DNA of 64,000 nt, from assembly GCA_048538275.1 (NCBI GenBank), contig JBLYPW010000001.1:113248-177247 (forward strand). The letters run 5' to 3'. Made by a program: the position numbers and the translations under genes. The stretch comes from Candidatus Komeilibacteria bacterium (GTDB lineage Bacteria > Patescibacteriota > Patescibacteriia > UBA1558). The notes below the pieces were generated by a model that searched no databases, was not told where the DNA came from, and saw only the letters and a list, made by a program, of their open reading frames with translations. Below, in pieces: positions 26,250 to 36,690 of this stretch. How positions within the stretch are numbered: the first letter of the stretch is position 1; every line of letters begins with the position of its first letter.

Positions 26250-26326
26250 GTCCTCATAGCTCAACTGGATAGAGCGTCAGCTTGCGGTGCTGAAGGTTGG
26301 AGGTTCGAGTCCTCCTGAGGACGCCA
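26250..26326 (+). tRNA. tRNA-Arg with anticodon GCG, CCA encoded
   Basis: GTCCTCA acceptor pairing with TGAGGAC; anticodon stem TCAGC/GCTGA with loop TTGCGGT; T-loop TTCGAGT. C35 and G36 are consistent with Arg identity. Confidence 0.8.
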
Positions 26327-26349
26327 TTTATATATAAAAACCCGGCTCT

Positions 26350-26667
26350 TTATTGGGAGTCGAGTTTTTTTGTATTTTTTATTTGGCCATTGGGAGTGAA
26401 AATATATCTCACCCAGAGCGATTGCATGATAATAGCACCATTAGGTAAAGTGCGGATGATTTTTTTATTATCCAGATCTAGTACACGATTGTGAATTTTG
26501 GGATAATTATCATTTGGTCGATTAACCAGTTCAATGGAAAATGACCAGTGATTGCCATTTTCATAAGTTTGCCATTTTACCACCCAGCCCTCCTTGTCCG
26601 GCTCGGTATGTAGCAAATTTTTGATTTGGCAATACCAGCCGATGATATTGAGGTTTGACGGTAACAT
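26350..26667 (-). CDS. hypothetical small protein
   Basis: 105-aa ORF with no recognisable motif. Confidence 0.35.
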   Translation of the reverse strand: MLPSNLNIIGWYCQIKNLLHTEPDKEGWVVKWQTYENGNHWSFSIELVNRPNDNYPKIHNRVLDLDNKKIIRTLPNGAIIMQSLWVRYIFTPNGQIKNTKKLDSQ

Positions 26668-26819
26668 AAAGAGCTCCTTGTTTTTGTACGATTCCTCTTA
26701 TATTGTAACGAATTGAGCGAGGAAGTCAAAAATGTTATTTTATCTTTGAATTTAGTATAATAATGTTACCTTTCATGATTTTTTTCGTATTATTAAGTAG
26801 AAAGGGAATTTAAGTAATA

Positions 26820-27386
26820 ATGGTGAATTTTATGTCCGAGGCTGCCATCATCAAAGCTTGTCAGCAAGGCGATAGCGAGCAATTTACACTTTTATATGAT
26901 AAATATGTCAGCGCGATTTATAAGTTTGTTTATTATCGCGTCAGTCACCGTGAGGTGGCAGAGGATTTGACTAGCCAAATCTGGCTTAAAGTTTTAGATC
27001 GGCTGGATCAATATAAAATAAAAAATAGTAGTTTTAGCGCTTGGCTATATCGTATAGCTCGCAATGCCGTAATAGATTATTATCGTACTAGCCGTCAAGA
27101 ATTTGATATAAGTACTATGGAATTGAGTAGTAAAGAGGACTTACAAAGGGAAGCAGAAATAAAAGATAGTTTAAACAGGGTGCAAAAATATTTACAAGAG
27201 TTGCCGGACGATATGCGTGACATTGTTATTATGCGTTTGTGGGATCAGCTTTCCTATGAAGAAATTGCTGGTATTATGGATAAATCAGAAGCTAGTTGTA
27301 AAATGATGATGTCGCGTGCTTTGCAGAAAATTCGTGCTCAAGGATTATTAGTTTTATTATTTATTTCTTTATTATTAAATAATTAA
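26820..27386 (+). CDS. ECF-type sigma-70 family sigma factor
   Basis: Region 2 (YKFVYYRV...AEDLTSQIWLKV, WLYRIARNAVIDYYR) and region 4 HTH (LSYEEIAGIMDKSEASCKMMMSRALQKIR). Confidence 0.8.
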   Translation: MVNFMSEAAIIKACQQGDSEQFTLLYDKYVSAIYKFVYYRVSHREVAEDLTSQIWLKVLDRLDQYKIKNSSFSAWLYRIARNAVIDYYRTSRQEFDISTMELSSKEDLQREAEIKDSLNRVQKYLQELPDDMRDIVIMRLWDQLSYEEIAGIMDKSEASCKMMMSRALQKIRAQGLLVLLFISLLLNN

Positions 27387-27396
27387 TTTTATTTTT

Positions 27397-28938
27397 ATGA
27401 CAGATAATATAAAAAATATTTTAGAGGATCTCTATATTATTGATGATAAATTACGTCAGTATGAAAAGCAGTTAATTCCTATTGTTAAAGAGTTATTAGC
27501 TGCAAAGCCACAACTCGTAGCTGATAAGGAGTGGCAGGAGAATTTGCGTGGGCAGCTGTGGGAGCGTTTGCAAAATAAGCAATCCGGTTATTCAGTTGGT
27601 TATCGTTTTGGGTGGCAAAAAATGTTTTATGGTCTGGGTGGTTTAGCTTTATTAATATTATTGGTAGTGCCTTGGTATGGTTCCAATCAATCGGTTATTT
27701 TGGAGGAGTGGACGGCTCAGCCTCAGTTTACCGCTTTAAATGCCAAGGCATTTGGAAGTTTTGTTAGTAATGTAGATCTGAGTGCTGATGGGAGAGGTTC
27801 GGCGGCGGAGAGTGACAATAATAGTGTAGCACCAGCTGGATATGGTGGCGGTGGTGGTGATATGGCCCAGCCTATGATGGTAGAGGGAAAGATGATAATG
27901 CCACGAGAAATCAATAAATACAATTTTGTTTATGAGGGTGAAGCATTAGATTTGTCCGCACCTATGGTAAAAGTATTGCGACGAGTAAAAGGTGATCAAG
28001 TGGCCCAACAATTAGCCGGTTGGCTCGCTTCCGTTAAATTTGAGAACTTGGACTTAAGCTCTTTTAAGCAAACCAAAGTTCAGCAGTTAACATTAGTTGA
28101 AGACAGACCATTTGGTTATTCTATGAATTTGGATTTTATCAACGGTAATGTATATATTGGTCAATATTGGGAGCAATGGCAAGAAGCCAGTGTTTGTCAG
28201 GATGATGCTTGTTGGCAAGCAAGACGATTGCATGAGGAAGATGTGCCAGCCGATGATGTTTTGATTGGTTTGGCCAATAGCTGGTTAGCGCAGCGTAATA
28301 TAGATATGAGTGCTTATGGACAGCCGAGCGTGGAGAATGAATGGCGTAGGTTTTATTTACTGACTGATAATAAAGCGGATTATTATATACCGGAAGTAAT
28401 ATCAGTAATTTATCCTTTGCAGCTGGAAGGAAAGACTGTATATGATCAGGGTGGTAATGTTTATGGATTGCGCGTGCCTATCAACATCATAAATAATAAG
28501 GTGGCTGGCGTTTCTGGATTGTCTACTCAACAATATGAAAGTAGTGATTATCCGGCGATCACCGATAGCGAGGCGGTATTGCAATTGGCCGCGCGAGGCG
28601 GTATGCAACATTATTATTATCCAGATAATGCTACCACGGTGGATGTAAAATTAGGCACTCCATATGTTGGTTATGTTCAATATTGGAATTATCAAAATAA
28701 TATAAGTGAAGAATTTTATGTGCCAGCCTTGATTTTCCCAATCACAGAAATCCCAGATGACATAAATTTTTATCAGAAAAAAGTGGTAGTACCATTAGCG
28801 CAAGATATGTTTGATAGGTTTGCTTCATATCCTAAAGACGAGCCACCGGTACGTATCATGGAAATGGGTTCGGCTGATGATATTGAAGCATTGTCTCCAG
28901 CAGACTTGCCAGTAGCGGAAGAAACAATCATTGAATAA
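27397..28938 (+). CDS. putative anti-sigma factor (cytoplasmic N-terminus, one TM, large extracytoplasmic domain)
   Basis: Immediately downstream of the ECF sigma gene; single TM helix FYGLGGLALLILLVVPWYG; topology typical of anti-sigma partners. Confidence 0.45.
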   Translation: MTDNIKNILEDLYIIDDKLRQYEKQLIPIVKELLAAKPQLVADKEWQENLRGQLWERLQNKQSGYSVGYRFGWQKMFYGLGGLALLILLVVPWYGSNQSVILEEWTAQPQFTALNAKAFGSFVSNVDLSADGRGSAAESDNNSVAPAGYGGGGGDMAQPMMVEGKMIMPREINKYNFVYEGEALDLSAPMVKVLRRVKGDQVAQQLAGWLASVKFENLDLSSFKQTKVQQLTLVEDRPFGYSMNLDFINGNVYIGQYWEQWQEASVCQDDACWQARRLHEEDVPADDVLIGLANSWLAQRNIDMSAYGQPSVENEWRRFYLLTDNKADYYIPEVISVIYPLQLEGKTVYDQGGNVYGLRVPINIINNKVAGVSGLSTQQYESSDYPAITDSEAVLQLAARGGMQHYYYPDNATTVDVKLGTPYVGYVQYWNYQNNISEEFYVPALIFPITEIPDDINFYQKKVVVPLAQDMFDRFASYPKDEPPVRIMEMGSADDIEALSPADLPVAEETIIE

Positions 28939-29082
28939 ACAAAGCAAACGGTTTTAAGATGGCCCTCGTTTTTCCCCTTGTTTGCTAGTTTAGAATAAAA
29001 CAGCTCTATTTTTTTAGGGCTGTTTGTTTTATAATAAAAATGTTTTGCTAAACTTGTGTTTTTATGGTAAAAATAGAGCAGT

Positions 29083-30876
29083 ATGAATGACCAAACACAA
29101 TTAATTAAAGATCGCGTAGATATAGCTGATTTATTGCAGGAATATATCAAGTTAACTCCTGCCGGAGTTAATAATTTTAAGGCATTGTGTCCATTTCATA
29201 GTGAAAAAACACCTTCTTTAATGGTATCACGCGATAAACAAATTTGGCATTGTTTTGGTTGTGGAGAAGGGGGAGATATATTTTCTTGGGTACAAAAAAT
29301 AGAAGGGATTGATTTTCCTGAGGCTTTGCGTATATTGGCGAAAAAAGCCAATGTTCAGCTGGAATTCAGATCTGTTGATCCGCAGGTGGCTAGCAATAAA
29401 ACCAAATTATATGATATTAACAGAGCAGCTGCTGAGTATTGGCATGATTTATTACAAAAGGATAAAGCGGCTCAGCCGGTGCGAGATTATTTATCTCAAC
29501 GAGAAGTAAGTGAGGCAACGGTTGAAACTTGGCAACTAGGGTGGAGTCGGGACAGCTGGGATGACTTGTTACAGTATTTAACAGCGCAAGGGTTTGCGGA
29601 AAATGATATTTTTGACGCTGGCTTAATTACTCGTTCGGATAAAAAAAATAGCTACTATGATCGTTTTCGTAATCGTTTGCTTTTTCCCATTACTGATCAT
29701 CACGGCCAGATTGTTGGGTTTAGTGGACGAACTATGGCGGATGATACCGCTAAGTATATCAATACCCCCCAAACTCTCATTTATAATAAGAGCAGGGTAT
29801 TATATGGTTTGGATAAAACTAAAACAGCCATTCGTAAACAGCAATATGCTATTTTAGTGGAAGGTAATATGGACGTTATTAGTGTCTGGCAAGCCGGTAC
29901 GCAAAATGTAATCGGTGTTTCTGGCACTGCTTTGACAAGTGAGCAAATTGCCTTATTAAAACGTTATACTAATAATGTTATGATTGCTTTTGACGCCGAT
30001 AGTGCTGGCCAAAAAGCCGCTTTGCGTGGTTTGGATTTGGCTTGGCAGGCTGGTTTGAATGTTAAGATTATTGCCTTAAGCACTGGCAAAGATCCAGATG
30101 AGTGCATTCGGACAGATAAACAAGTGTGGTTGGACGCAATCAAAAATGCCGTGGGTATTATGGATTATTATTTTCAAGTAGTGCTGAAGGATTTGGATTT
30201 ACAGCGCAGTGATCATAAGAAACAGGCGGCAGCAGAATTATTACCTATTATTGCACGCTTGCCCGATGCTATTGATCGGGCGCATTATTTACAAAAATTG
30301 GCGGATATATTATCCGTGGGAATCAATATTTTGGAAGATAAAATCAATAATTTGCGTAACAATATAAAGACACCCGGTCAAGCAAGGCAAGAACCAGAAG
30401 CTACTCCCAAGCTGCCGGCTGACAGCATGCGACAATTGAGTGAACGCATCTTAGCCTTATTGTTGTGGCAACCGGTTAAAATAGGCGTAGTGATAGATGA
30501 TTTATTGCCGGATGATTTTTTGGATGATACTTGGCGCAATATTTACAAACAACTGGTTATTTATTATAATAAGGAAGATTCTAAGCAATCATCAGACTTG
30601 AGTAAGTTCTTAATAGCAGAGAATAATGAGTGGCAGGAGCCGATCGGGACATTAGAATTATTAGCGGCTAAGGATTTTGGTAGTTTGACAGATTTGGAGG
30701 TAGAACGTGAGCTTTCCCAGTTGGTTAAAAGATTGCGCAGAGAGGCATTGCATAGAAAAAATGAATTATTAAATCAGCAGCTAAAACAAGCGGAACAAAT
30801 GAATGATGAGGTCAAAGTTAATGAATTAACGGAGCAACTGAATAAAAATATTCAAGCTATTCATAATTTATCGTGA
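29083..30876 (+). CDS. dnaG: DNA primase
   Basis: CHC2 zinc finger CPFHSEKTPS...HCFGCGEGGD; Toprim EGNMDV...DAD; positioned upstream of rpoD in the conserved operon. Confidence 0.9.
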   Translation: MNDQTQLIKDRVDIADLLQEYIKLTPAGVNNFKALCPFHSEKTPSLMVSRDKQIWHCFGCGEGGDIFSWVQKIEGIDFPEALRILAKKANVQLEFRSVDPQVASNKTKLYDINRAAAEYWHDLLQKDKAAQPVRDYLSQREVSEATVETWQLGWSRDSWDDLLQYLTAQGFAENDIFDAGLITRSDKKNSYYDRFRNRLLFPITDHHGQIVGFSGRTMADDTAKYINTPQTLIYNKSRVLYGLDKTKTAIRKQQYAILVEGNMDVISVWQAGTQNVIGVSGTALTSEQIALLKRYTNNVMIAFDADSAGQKAALRGLDLAWQAGLNVKIIALSTGKDPDECIRTDKQVWLDAIKNAVGIMDYYFQVVLKDLDLQRSDHKKQAAAELLPIIARLPDAIDRAHYLQKLADILSVGINILEDKINNLRNNIKTPGQARQEPEATPKLPADSMRQLSERILALLLWQPVKIGVVIDDLLPDDFLDDTWRNIYKQLVIYYNKEDSKQSSDLSKFLIAENNEWQEPIGTLELLAAKDFGSLTDLEVERELSQLVKRLRREALHRKNELLNQQLKQAEQMNDEVKVNELTEQLNKNIQAIHNLS

Positions 30877-30934
30877 TTATAAATAAGAACAATTTTATTA
30901 ATTAACGGTACTTTTTAGTACCAATTTTATATTT

Positions 30935-32305
30935 ATGGCGTCCAAGAAAAAAACCGTCAAAAGCGGTGGGACAACTAAAAAAACCAAGACAGCCGCTAAG
31001 CGGAAGTCTACCAGCACAGCCCGACCAGCGCGGGGTGTGAAAAAAACTCGTGGTAAAGCTACTGCCGGCAAAACCAAACGCCGTGTCAGAGCTACCAAAA
31101 AAGTTAGTCAAGCCAAATCCAAGGCTAAAGTAAAAAAAGTAGTAAAAAAGGCAAAAGCCAAGCCCAAGGCAAAGGCCAAGCTCAGGGCAAAAGCCAAGCC
31201 CAAGGCTAAAAAAGTGATCAAAGCAGTAGCGCAAGATGAGCCAATTATTTATCCGGATCCGTCTAATTTAGAGCAGTTGGTACAGAATGGACGTTTGCGC
31301 GGTTTTGTAACGGAAGATGAGGTAGTTTATGCTTTTCGTAATGTAGAAGAGTATATTTTAGATTATGAGGATTTCCTAGATAGGTTGGACGATAATGGTG
31401 TCGGTGTTGTTATACCGGAGGGCGGTATTTTGGATATGGAGATGAATAAGGATTTGGATAAATTGGCGGATTTGATTGATTTGTCGGCCGATTCTATTCA
31501 GATGTATTTACGAGAAATTGGCCGTGTACCTTTATTGACCACGGATGAAGAAGTGCAGTTAGCTAAACGTAAGGAAAGGGGAGATGTGGAAGCGCGTGCT
31601 CGCTTGATTACTTCTAATTTACGTTTAGTAGTATCTATTGCTAAGAAATTTGTTGGTCGTAATTTATCATTATTGGATTTGATTCAAGAGGGTAATATTG
31701 GTTTATTTAGAGCGGTAGAAAAATTTGATTATCGCAAGGGTTATAAATTTTCTACTTATGCTACTTGGTGGATTCGTCAGGCTATCACGCGTGCTTTAGC
31801 AGACCAGTCTCGTACTATTCGCATCCCCGTACATATGGTAGAGACTATCAATCGTTTTCAACAAGTAGAACGGCAATTGATTCAGGATCTGGGACGAGAG
31901 CCGTTGCCGGAAGAAATTTCTGCGGAAATGGGAGAAGATATTGATAAAGTACGGCAGATTATAAAAATTTCTCAGGAAACGGTTTCCTTGGAAACTTCAG
32001 TAGGGGAAGATGATGAAGATAGCACTTTGGGTGACTTTATTGAAGATGATAAAACCATTACTCCGGATCGGGTGGCAGCCTTGCAATTGTTAAAAGACCA
32101 TGTCAAGGCTATTATCAGCGAATTGACTCCACGGGAACAAAAAATATTGGAAATGAGATTTGGTTTGGATGATGGTGTGGCCCATACTTTAGAAGAAGTA
32201 GGACAAGAATTTGGTGTAACACGTGAGCGTATTCGGCAGATTGAAGCCAAAGCTTTGGAAAAGATTCAATCGCATATTGGTATGCGTAAATTGCAGGATT
32301 ATTAG
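30935..32305 (+). CDS. rpoD: primary sigma factor RpoD with an unusual ~100-aa lysine/alanine-rich basic N-terminal extension
   Basis: Regions 1.2, 2 ([15 protein letters not shown]), 3 and 4 ([23 protein letters not shown]) are canonical. The N-terminus is [10 protein letters not shown]...[10 protein letters not shown] low-complexity sequence. Confidence 0.9.
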   Translation: MASKKKTVKSGGTTKKTKTAAKRKSTSTARPARGVKKTRGKATAGKTKRRVRATKKVSQAKSKAKVKKVVKKAKAKPKAKAKLRAKAKPKAKKVIKAVAQDEPIIYPDPSNLEQLVQNGRLRGFVTEDEVVYAFRNVEEYILDYEDFLDRLDDNGVGVVIPEGGILDMEMNKDLDKLADLIDLSADSIQMYLREIGRVPLLTTDEEVQLAKRKERGDVEARARLITSNLRLVVSIAKKFVGRNLSLLDLIQEGNIGLFRAVEKFDYRKGYKFSTYATWWIRQAITRALADQSRTIRIPVHMVETINRFQQVERQLIQDLGREPLPEEISAEMGEDIDKVRQIIKISQETVSLETSVGEDDEDSTLGDFIEDDKTITPDRVAALQLLKDHVKAIISELTPREQKILEMRFGLDDGVAHTLEEVGQEFGVTRERIRQIEAKALEKIQSHIGMRKLQDY

Positions 32306-32330
32306 TTTAGTCATAATTATATAATAGGTA

Positions 32331-32353
32331 GCCCGCCGGGGCGGGTTTGGTTT
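32331..32353 (+). terminator. rho-independent terminator after rpoD
   Basis: Hairpin cccgcc-gg-ggcggg followed by tttggttt. Confidence 0.55.
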
Positions 32354-32360
32354 ATCAAAT

Positions 32361-32394
32361 CAAAAAAATACACCCACCGAGCATGCTCGGTGGG
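32361..32394 (-). terminator. rho-independent terminator for the convergent minus-strand gene
   Basis: Stem cccaccgagc/gctcggtggg, with a T7 run on the minus strand. Confidence 0.55.
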
Positions 32395-32416
32395 TAGATA
32401 TAAAATTATTGTTTTT

Positions 32417-33130
32417 TTAATCATCACAAATATCAAATCCCGCTTCATACATTTTTCCTAGACCGCATAATATTTGCTCTGTGCTGATATCTTGCGGATG
32501 AGACAACATGGCTGGATCAATGCATTCTGTTAACAGATAAGCATATTCTTGATCGGTCATACCATCATAAAGAAAGTTTAGCATATTTTTGACATCTTGG
32601 CGTAAGCCAGTGAGTCTATGCAGGCGCAATGCTTTATGAATGGAGGTTTGTGCAAAACTGGCCGCTAGCATATCTCTTTTTTTGATCGCTTCTGACCAGC
32701 GCTGGACCAGGCTATTGACAGCATCGGCGCCATTGAGCGCGTCAATAAAAGTCAGTAGCAAGGCTTTGACAAAGTAGAATTTTACCGGATCATTAGCTAT
32801 ATCTATCCATTCGCAGGGAATATATTCTTGCTGTAAATTGGACTGGATTTCGCTATAAAATGACCGAAACAGATTGATAATTTTCTGGCAGGTATATTCT
32901 TCATGCCAATCTATTTGCAATTCTTGGCTGACATTATAGAAAATACGCAGGTGGCCGTGCATGTGTCGCAGAATGGCGATAACATCTAAATTTGTATTCG
33001 CCTTGCTCAGGTGATAAACGGTATTATCCCTCCTCCGTTTTATTTTTTGATAAAAGAGCGTTATCAGTATTTCTGGAAAATCCTTGCTCAACGGTTTGAT
33101 TCTTATATAATCATTGCGATGAGATGACAT
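32417..33130 (-). CDS. hypothetical protein
   Basis: 237-aa ORF bracketed by terminators; no motif I recognise. Confidence 0.4.
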   Translation of the reverse strand: MSSHRNDYIRIKPLSKDFPEILITLFYQKIKRRRDNTVYHLSKANTNLDVIAILRHMHGHLRIFYNVSQELQIDWHEEYTCQKIINLFRSFYSEIQSNLQQEYIPCEWIDIANDPVKFYFVKALLLTFIDALNGADAVNSLVQRWSEAIKKRDMLAASFAQTSIHKALRLHRLTGLRQDVKNMLNFLYDGMTDQEYAYLLTECIDPAMLSHPQDISTEQILCGLGKMYEAGFDICDD

Positions 33131-33208
33131 CTTTCCCTCCTAGATTGTAATGTTCATACCTTTAATTGTAGACATTGTCTCTAGTAAAGTCAATAAAAGA
33201 AAAACCCG

Positions 33209-33655
33209 CTAAGTTTTAGCGGGTTTGGTTTCGTCTGTATTTTCATTGGTTGTGTTATCAGCATTTATAACAATGCATACAGTGGTAAGAATCGGTATAG
33301 ACCAATAACGCCAGGTCAGCAAGTAGTCGGCTGTGTCTGATAGTAGTAAATAATAATGTAGTCGTGCAATTTGTGTGATGAAGATAGGTGCTGCCATAAT
33401 CAGCAAGGGCAAAGTTAAGTTGCGCCAGCCTATTATTTTTTCCTTCATCAGTATCCATAACATTGCCAAGGTAAAACCGACTAGTAAGCTGCTCAATACC
33501 GTCCAGAAATTTAATCCAGTAAAGCGCCAGTCAATATTTGTACAGTACATGTACCCTTGTGATATTATGTAGCCAGCCATTAAGCTTGCAGCAATCAAGC
33601 TGATTATTAATGCAAGCTCCCAAGACCCCATTCCAATTCTTTTGATGGTTATCAC
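33209..33655 (-). CDS. hypothetical polytopic membrane protein
   Basis: Four predicted TM helices. Confidence 0.4.
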   Translation of the reverse strand: MITIKRIGMGSWELALIISLIAASLMAGYIISQGYMYCTNIDWRFTGLNFWTVLSSLLVGFTLAMLWILMKEKIIGWRNLTLPLLIMAAPIFITQIARLHYYLLLSDTADYLLTWRYWSIPILTTVCIVINADNTTNENTDETKPAKT

Positions 33656-33808
33656 ATTTCCCTCCCTTTATGTGAATTGTTGATATGTGCTAGAGATTAT
33701 AATTTACTGCCACAGGGCTGTTTTGTCAATGTTTATAAATAACCGGATTTATACTTGATTTTCTTTAAAGTTTATATTATACTGTCTCAAGTCAATATAT
33801 TGGCATAT

Positions 33809-33883
33809 TCCGCGGTAGCTCAGCGGTAGAGCAGTTGACTGTTAATCAATTGGTCGTCGGTTCGAATCCGACCCGCGGAGCCA
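33809..33883 (+). tRNA. tRNA-Asn (anticodon GUU), CCA encoded
   Basis: TCCGCGG acceptor pairing with CCGCGGA; anticodon stem GTTGA/TCAAT with loop CTGTTAA; T-loop TTCGAAT. Confidence 0.85.
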
Positions 33884-35431
33884 TGTGAGACGAAGCGAGT
33901 TTAATGACTCGTTTTTTCTCTTATCTAAGCCATTTTCATGTAGTTCAAAAGTGGAATTTAGACGAGGCATCCATTTAAGTAAAAATTCAAAAGACGGTGT
34001 GCATTTTGTAGCTAGTTTAAGGTCTTTTAATTCAAAGTTCAAAAATATTTCACTTAAAATTTCTCTTTTCATTTCTGTGCTTGTTTTAGGATTTAAATAA
34101 TCTTTTTTAGCATTGAAAGCCAAATCGTGAATAGCGACAGCTTCTTTGTAAAAGTCTATAGTATTGTCATTTAGTTTTTTAATCTTTTTCTTGATTAATT
34201 TTTCAGTTGCTGAATACTCCTCAAACTTTTTATTATAAAATTCAAGAGTTATGTTTTTGTCTATTTTATCCTCATAAATAGATTCTAGCCTTTGTTCTGT
34301 TTTCTTAAGTTCAATATTATAAGTTTTCATTTGTGTTTCTTTGTATTCTTTTTGATCGGCAAAACTATCTTTTAAGTTTTTTTCAAGCCAATTTAAAACC
34401 CTTTCATTTTGAGGTGAAATCTTATCAAACAAAGGTAGTATCATTTCTTCCAAATCTTCCTGTCTAATATACTTTTTTTGAGAACAAGGTTTATATCTAT
34501 TACAATAGCCATACCAATGGCCTTTTTGTTTTGCCCATGTTATTGTTCCGCCACATTCACCACATTTTATTTTACCTTTAAATACTGGTAGGTGTTTGCT
34601 ATATCGTGGAGCATTAATCTGTCTTGTGATTTTACTTTGCACTTTATCAAACAATTCCTCGGTTATTATAGCCTTTTGTTTGCCTTGATATATTTTATTA
34701 TTCCACCTTAATTTGCCACAATAGAAAGGTTCTAATAAAAAACGGTGCATAGAGCTTTTGCCAACAGCTTTACCATTTCTTGACCTCAGTCCTTTGTCAT
34801 ACATAACTTCACATAGCTTTTTAAGCGAATAATTGCCTGTAGAATAAAGTTTAAACATTATTTTGATATATGGAGCCACTTCGTCATTTATGACGTGTAT
34901 TTTGTGTCCTTTTTCGCCTATGGTTTTGTAGCCAATCGGTGGTTTTGTTGGTAGCCAGCCCTCTTCAATTTTAGCTTTTTGTCCCTTTTTAACTTCTTCA
35001 CTTAAATTGTCTATATAGTTTTTTGCAAATAAAATTCTAATACCCCAATTAAGCTTTTCTTGTGATCTGGAGTCTTTATGCATAATGAGGCTATCTTTAA
35101 CTAGGTGAACTTTTCGCTCGCCGTCTTGTTTGAGCCAACTGTCAACTGCAACCATATCTTTAAAGTTTCTAGTTAAGCGGTCAGCTTTTTCACAAACAAT
35201 AATCTTGAGTTTTTTATCTTTTATATATTTCAACATCTCACCGAATTTATCTCGTTGTTTTTCGCCGCTTGCACTTTCAGATATTTTAAAAATCTTTTCA
35301 ATTACTAATTCTTTTTTATAACAATATTCTTTCAAGTATTTTTCTTGAGCAGGCAAAGAATATCCAGTTTCTTCTTGTTCTTTACTAGATACTCGACAAA
35401 ATATTATACATTTTTGTTTATTGTTTTCCAT
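33842..35431 (-). CDS. large serine recombinase (integrase of the inovirus-like element)
   Basis: N-terminal IIFCRVSSKEQEETGYSLPAQ (catalytic Ser), recombinase domain, CGECGG..C zinc ribbon. The C-terminal SDSNRRPID is encoded antisense to the tRNA-Asn T-arm (the tRNA extends from position 33842 to 33883). Confidence 0.85.
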   Translation of the reverse strand: MENNKQKCIIFCRVSSKEQEETGYSLPAQEKYLKEYCYKKELVIEKIFKISESASGEKQRDKFGEMLKYIKDKKLKIIVCEKADRLTRNFKDMVAVDSWLKQDGERKVHLVKDSLIMHKDSRSQEKLNWGIRILFAKNYIDNLSEEVKKGQKAKIEEGWLPTKPPIGYKTIGEKGHKIHVINDEVAPYIKIMFKLYSTGNYSLKKLCEVMYDKGLRSRNGKAVGKSSMHRFLLEPFYCGKLRWNNKIYQGKQKAIITEELFDKVQSKITRQINAPRYSKHLPVFKGKIKCGECGGTITWAKQKGHWYGYCNRYKPCSQKKYIRQEDLEEMILPLFDKISPQNERVLNWLEKNLKDSFADQKEYKETQMKTYNIELKKTEQRLESIYEDKIDKNITLEFYNKKFEEYSATEKLIKKKIKKLNDNTIDFYKEAVAIHDLAFNAKKDYLNPKTSTEMKREILSEIFLNFELKDLKLATKCTPSFEFLLKWMPRLNSTFELHENGLDKRKNESLNSLRLTWLRGSDSNRRPID

Positions 35432-35753
35432 AGATTTTCTTTAATATAAAAAGGGACGGTCGTAGCAACCCAACAGAATAAAGCAAAAGCTATATTTGTC
35501 AGTACGAACCGCCCCTTAATAGGGACAAATATATAATAAAAGCCTTTGCGTTTAATATTCTTAGTTGAGTTGCATTTATATATTATCATACTCATTTATT
35601 TATGCAAATTGCGTATTCTTAATTCTTTAAGCAAACTAAAGTAATCAACAAGTCCATTAGCTATTTCAGAGGCTTCTTCAAAACTTAAATCATCATCAAA
35701 TTCTTCTTTGACGATTAATTGAAATTCAATTATTGATTCTTTAGATAACATTT

Positions 35754-36530
35754 TTATAGGTGATTAAAGAATATACTTTTATCAAAGACACCAAATCTAA
35801 AAGGTATAAACTCTAAGGAATAAGCTTTGTATTCAACTTCGCCAGTCCATTCAGATTCAAATATCTTTTCAAAGACAGGTTTTACAGTATTTAAAAACTT
35901 CTCTAAAAACCTTATAGCCCAATAGCCCATAAGTTCTATGGCTTTTTTTAATGTTTGTGAGTGAAAGAATTTCTTTTTGCCAAAAGTTCTATCATCAAAC
36001 ATATCTTTACTTAAATACTTACAAACATAAGCTCCAATATTATTTACATTATTAATTTCATTAACCCTAATAAAACCCTGTCCCCAAACAAACTCAAGTT
36101 CAGATATTTCCATAAAAGGTAGCCTGCAGAGCAAATGATAATGAACAGCTCCTCTTTTTTGAAACTCAGGTACAGCTAAATATTCAAAGTCAGGGTATTT
36201 ATACAAAATACGCTTAACAAACTGATTAAATATATAATTAGCTTCTTTTAGTGAGGTAATATTCTTAGCAAAGGTTAAAGTCATGAATTTGTTTAATTGG
36301 GGGTTGGCGTTGGTTAATCGTCTTATCTCTGTTTTTGTTCGATTAAGTGAAAATATTGCTTTTTGTTTCTTTATTTCTAATTGCTTGAAAGCATTTAATT
36401 GTATGGGCTCTTTTTGAGTATTATTATTGTTATCTTTCTTTTTATAGTCTCGCCAGACCGGTTTTTTATACTTAAATACTTCAACTTGTTTGCCAGATAC
36501 CACAATTTTGAGATTGTAGGTATTTGCCAT
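35754..36530 (-). CDS. rolling-circle replication initiator (HUH endonuclease Rep)
   Basis: Motif 1 FMTLTF, motif 2 GAVHYHLL (HuH), motif 3 GAYVCKYLSKD (catalytic Tyr-x-x-Lys). Confidence 0.75.
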   Translation of the reverse strand: MANTYNLKIVVSGKQVEVFKYKKPVWRDYKKKDNNNNTQKEPIQLNAFKQLEIKKQKAIFSLNRTKTEIRRLTNANPQLNKFMTLTFAKNITSLKEANYIFNQFVKRILYKYPDFEYLAVPEFQKRGAVHYHLLCRLPFMEISELEFVWGQGFIRVNEINNVNNIGAYVCKYLSKDMFDDRTFGKKKFFHSQTLKKAIELMGYWAIRFLEKFLNTVKPVFEKIFESEWTGEVEYKAYSLEFIPFRFGVFDKSIFFNHL

Positions 36531-36690
36531 AACTGTTTTTCGTTAGATGTGTGGTTATAATCGAGTTAAGATATTGGCGTTATTTTTATATCATTTTAAG
36601 CAATCTTTTTTGCCGTCGGTGCGGGCATTCCCGCCGGACAAAAAAGCTTGCCCTTAATAAAGTGAATTATTAAAAACATGCTTAAAATAA

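Noticed and set aside
30902-31234. 110-aa minus-strand ORF antisense to the rpoD N-terminal region
   Set aside because: It is an artefact of the low-complexity KA-repeat coding region, whose antisense reads as a G/F/L-rich ORF.
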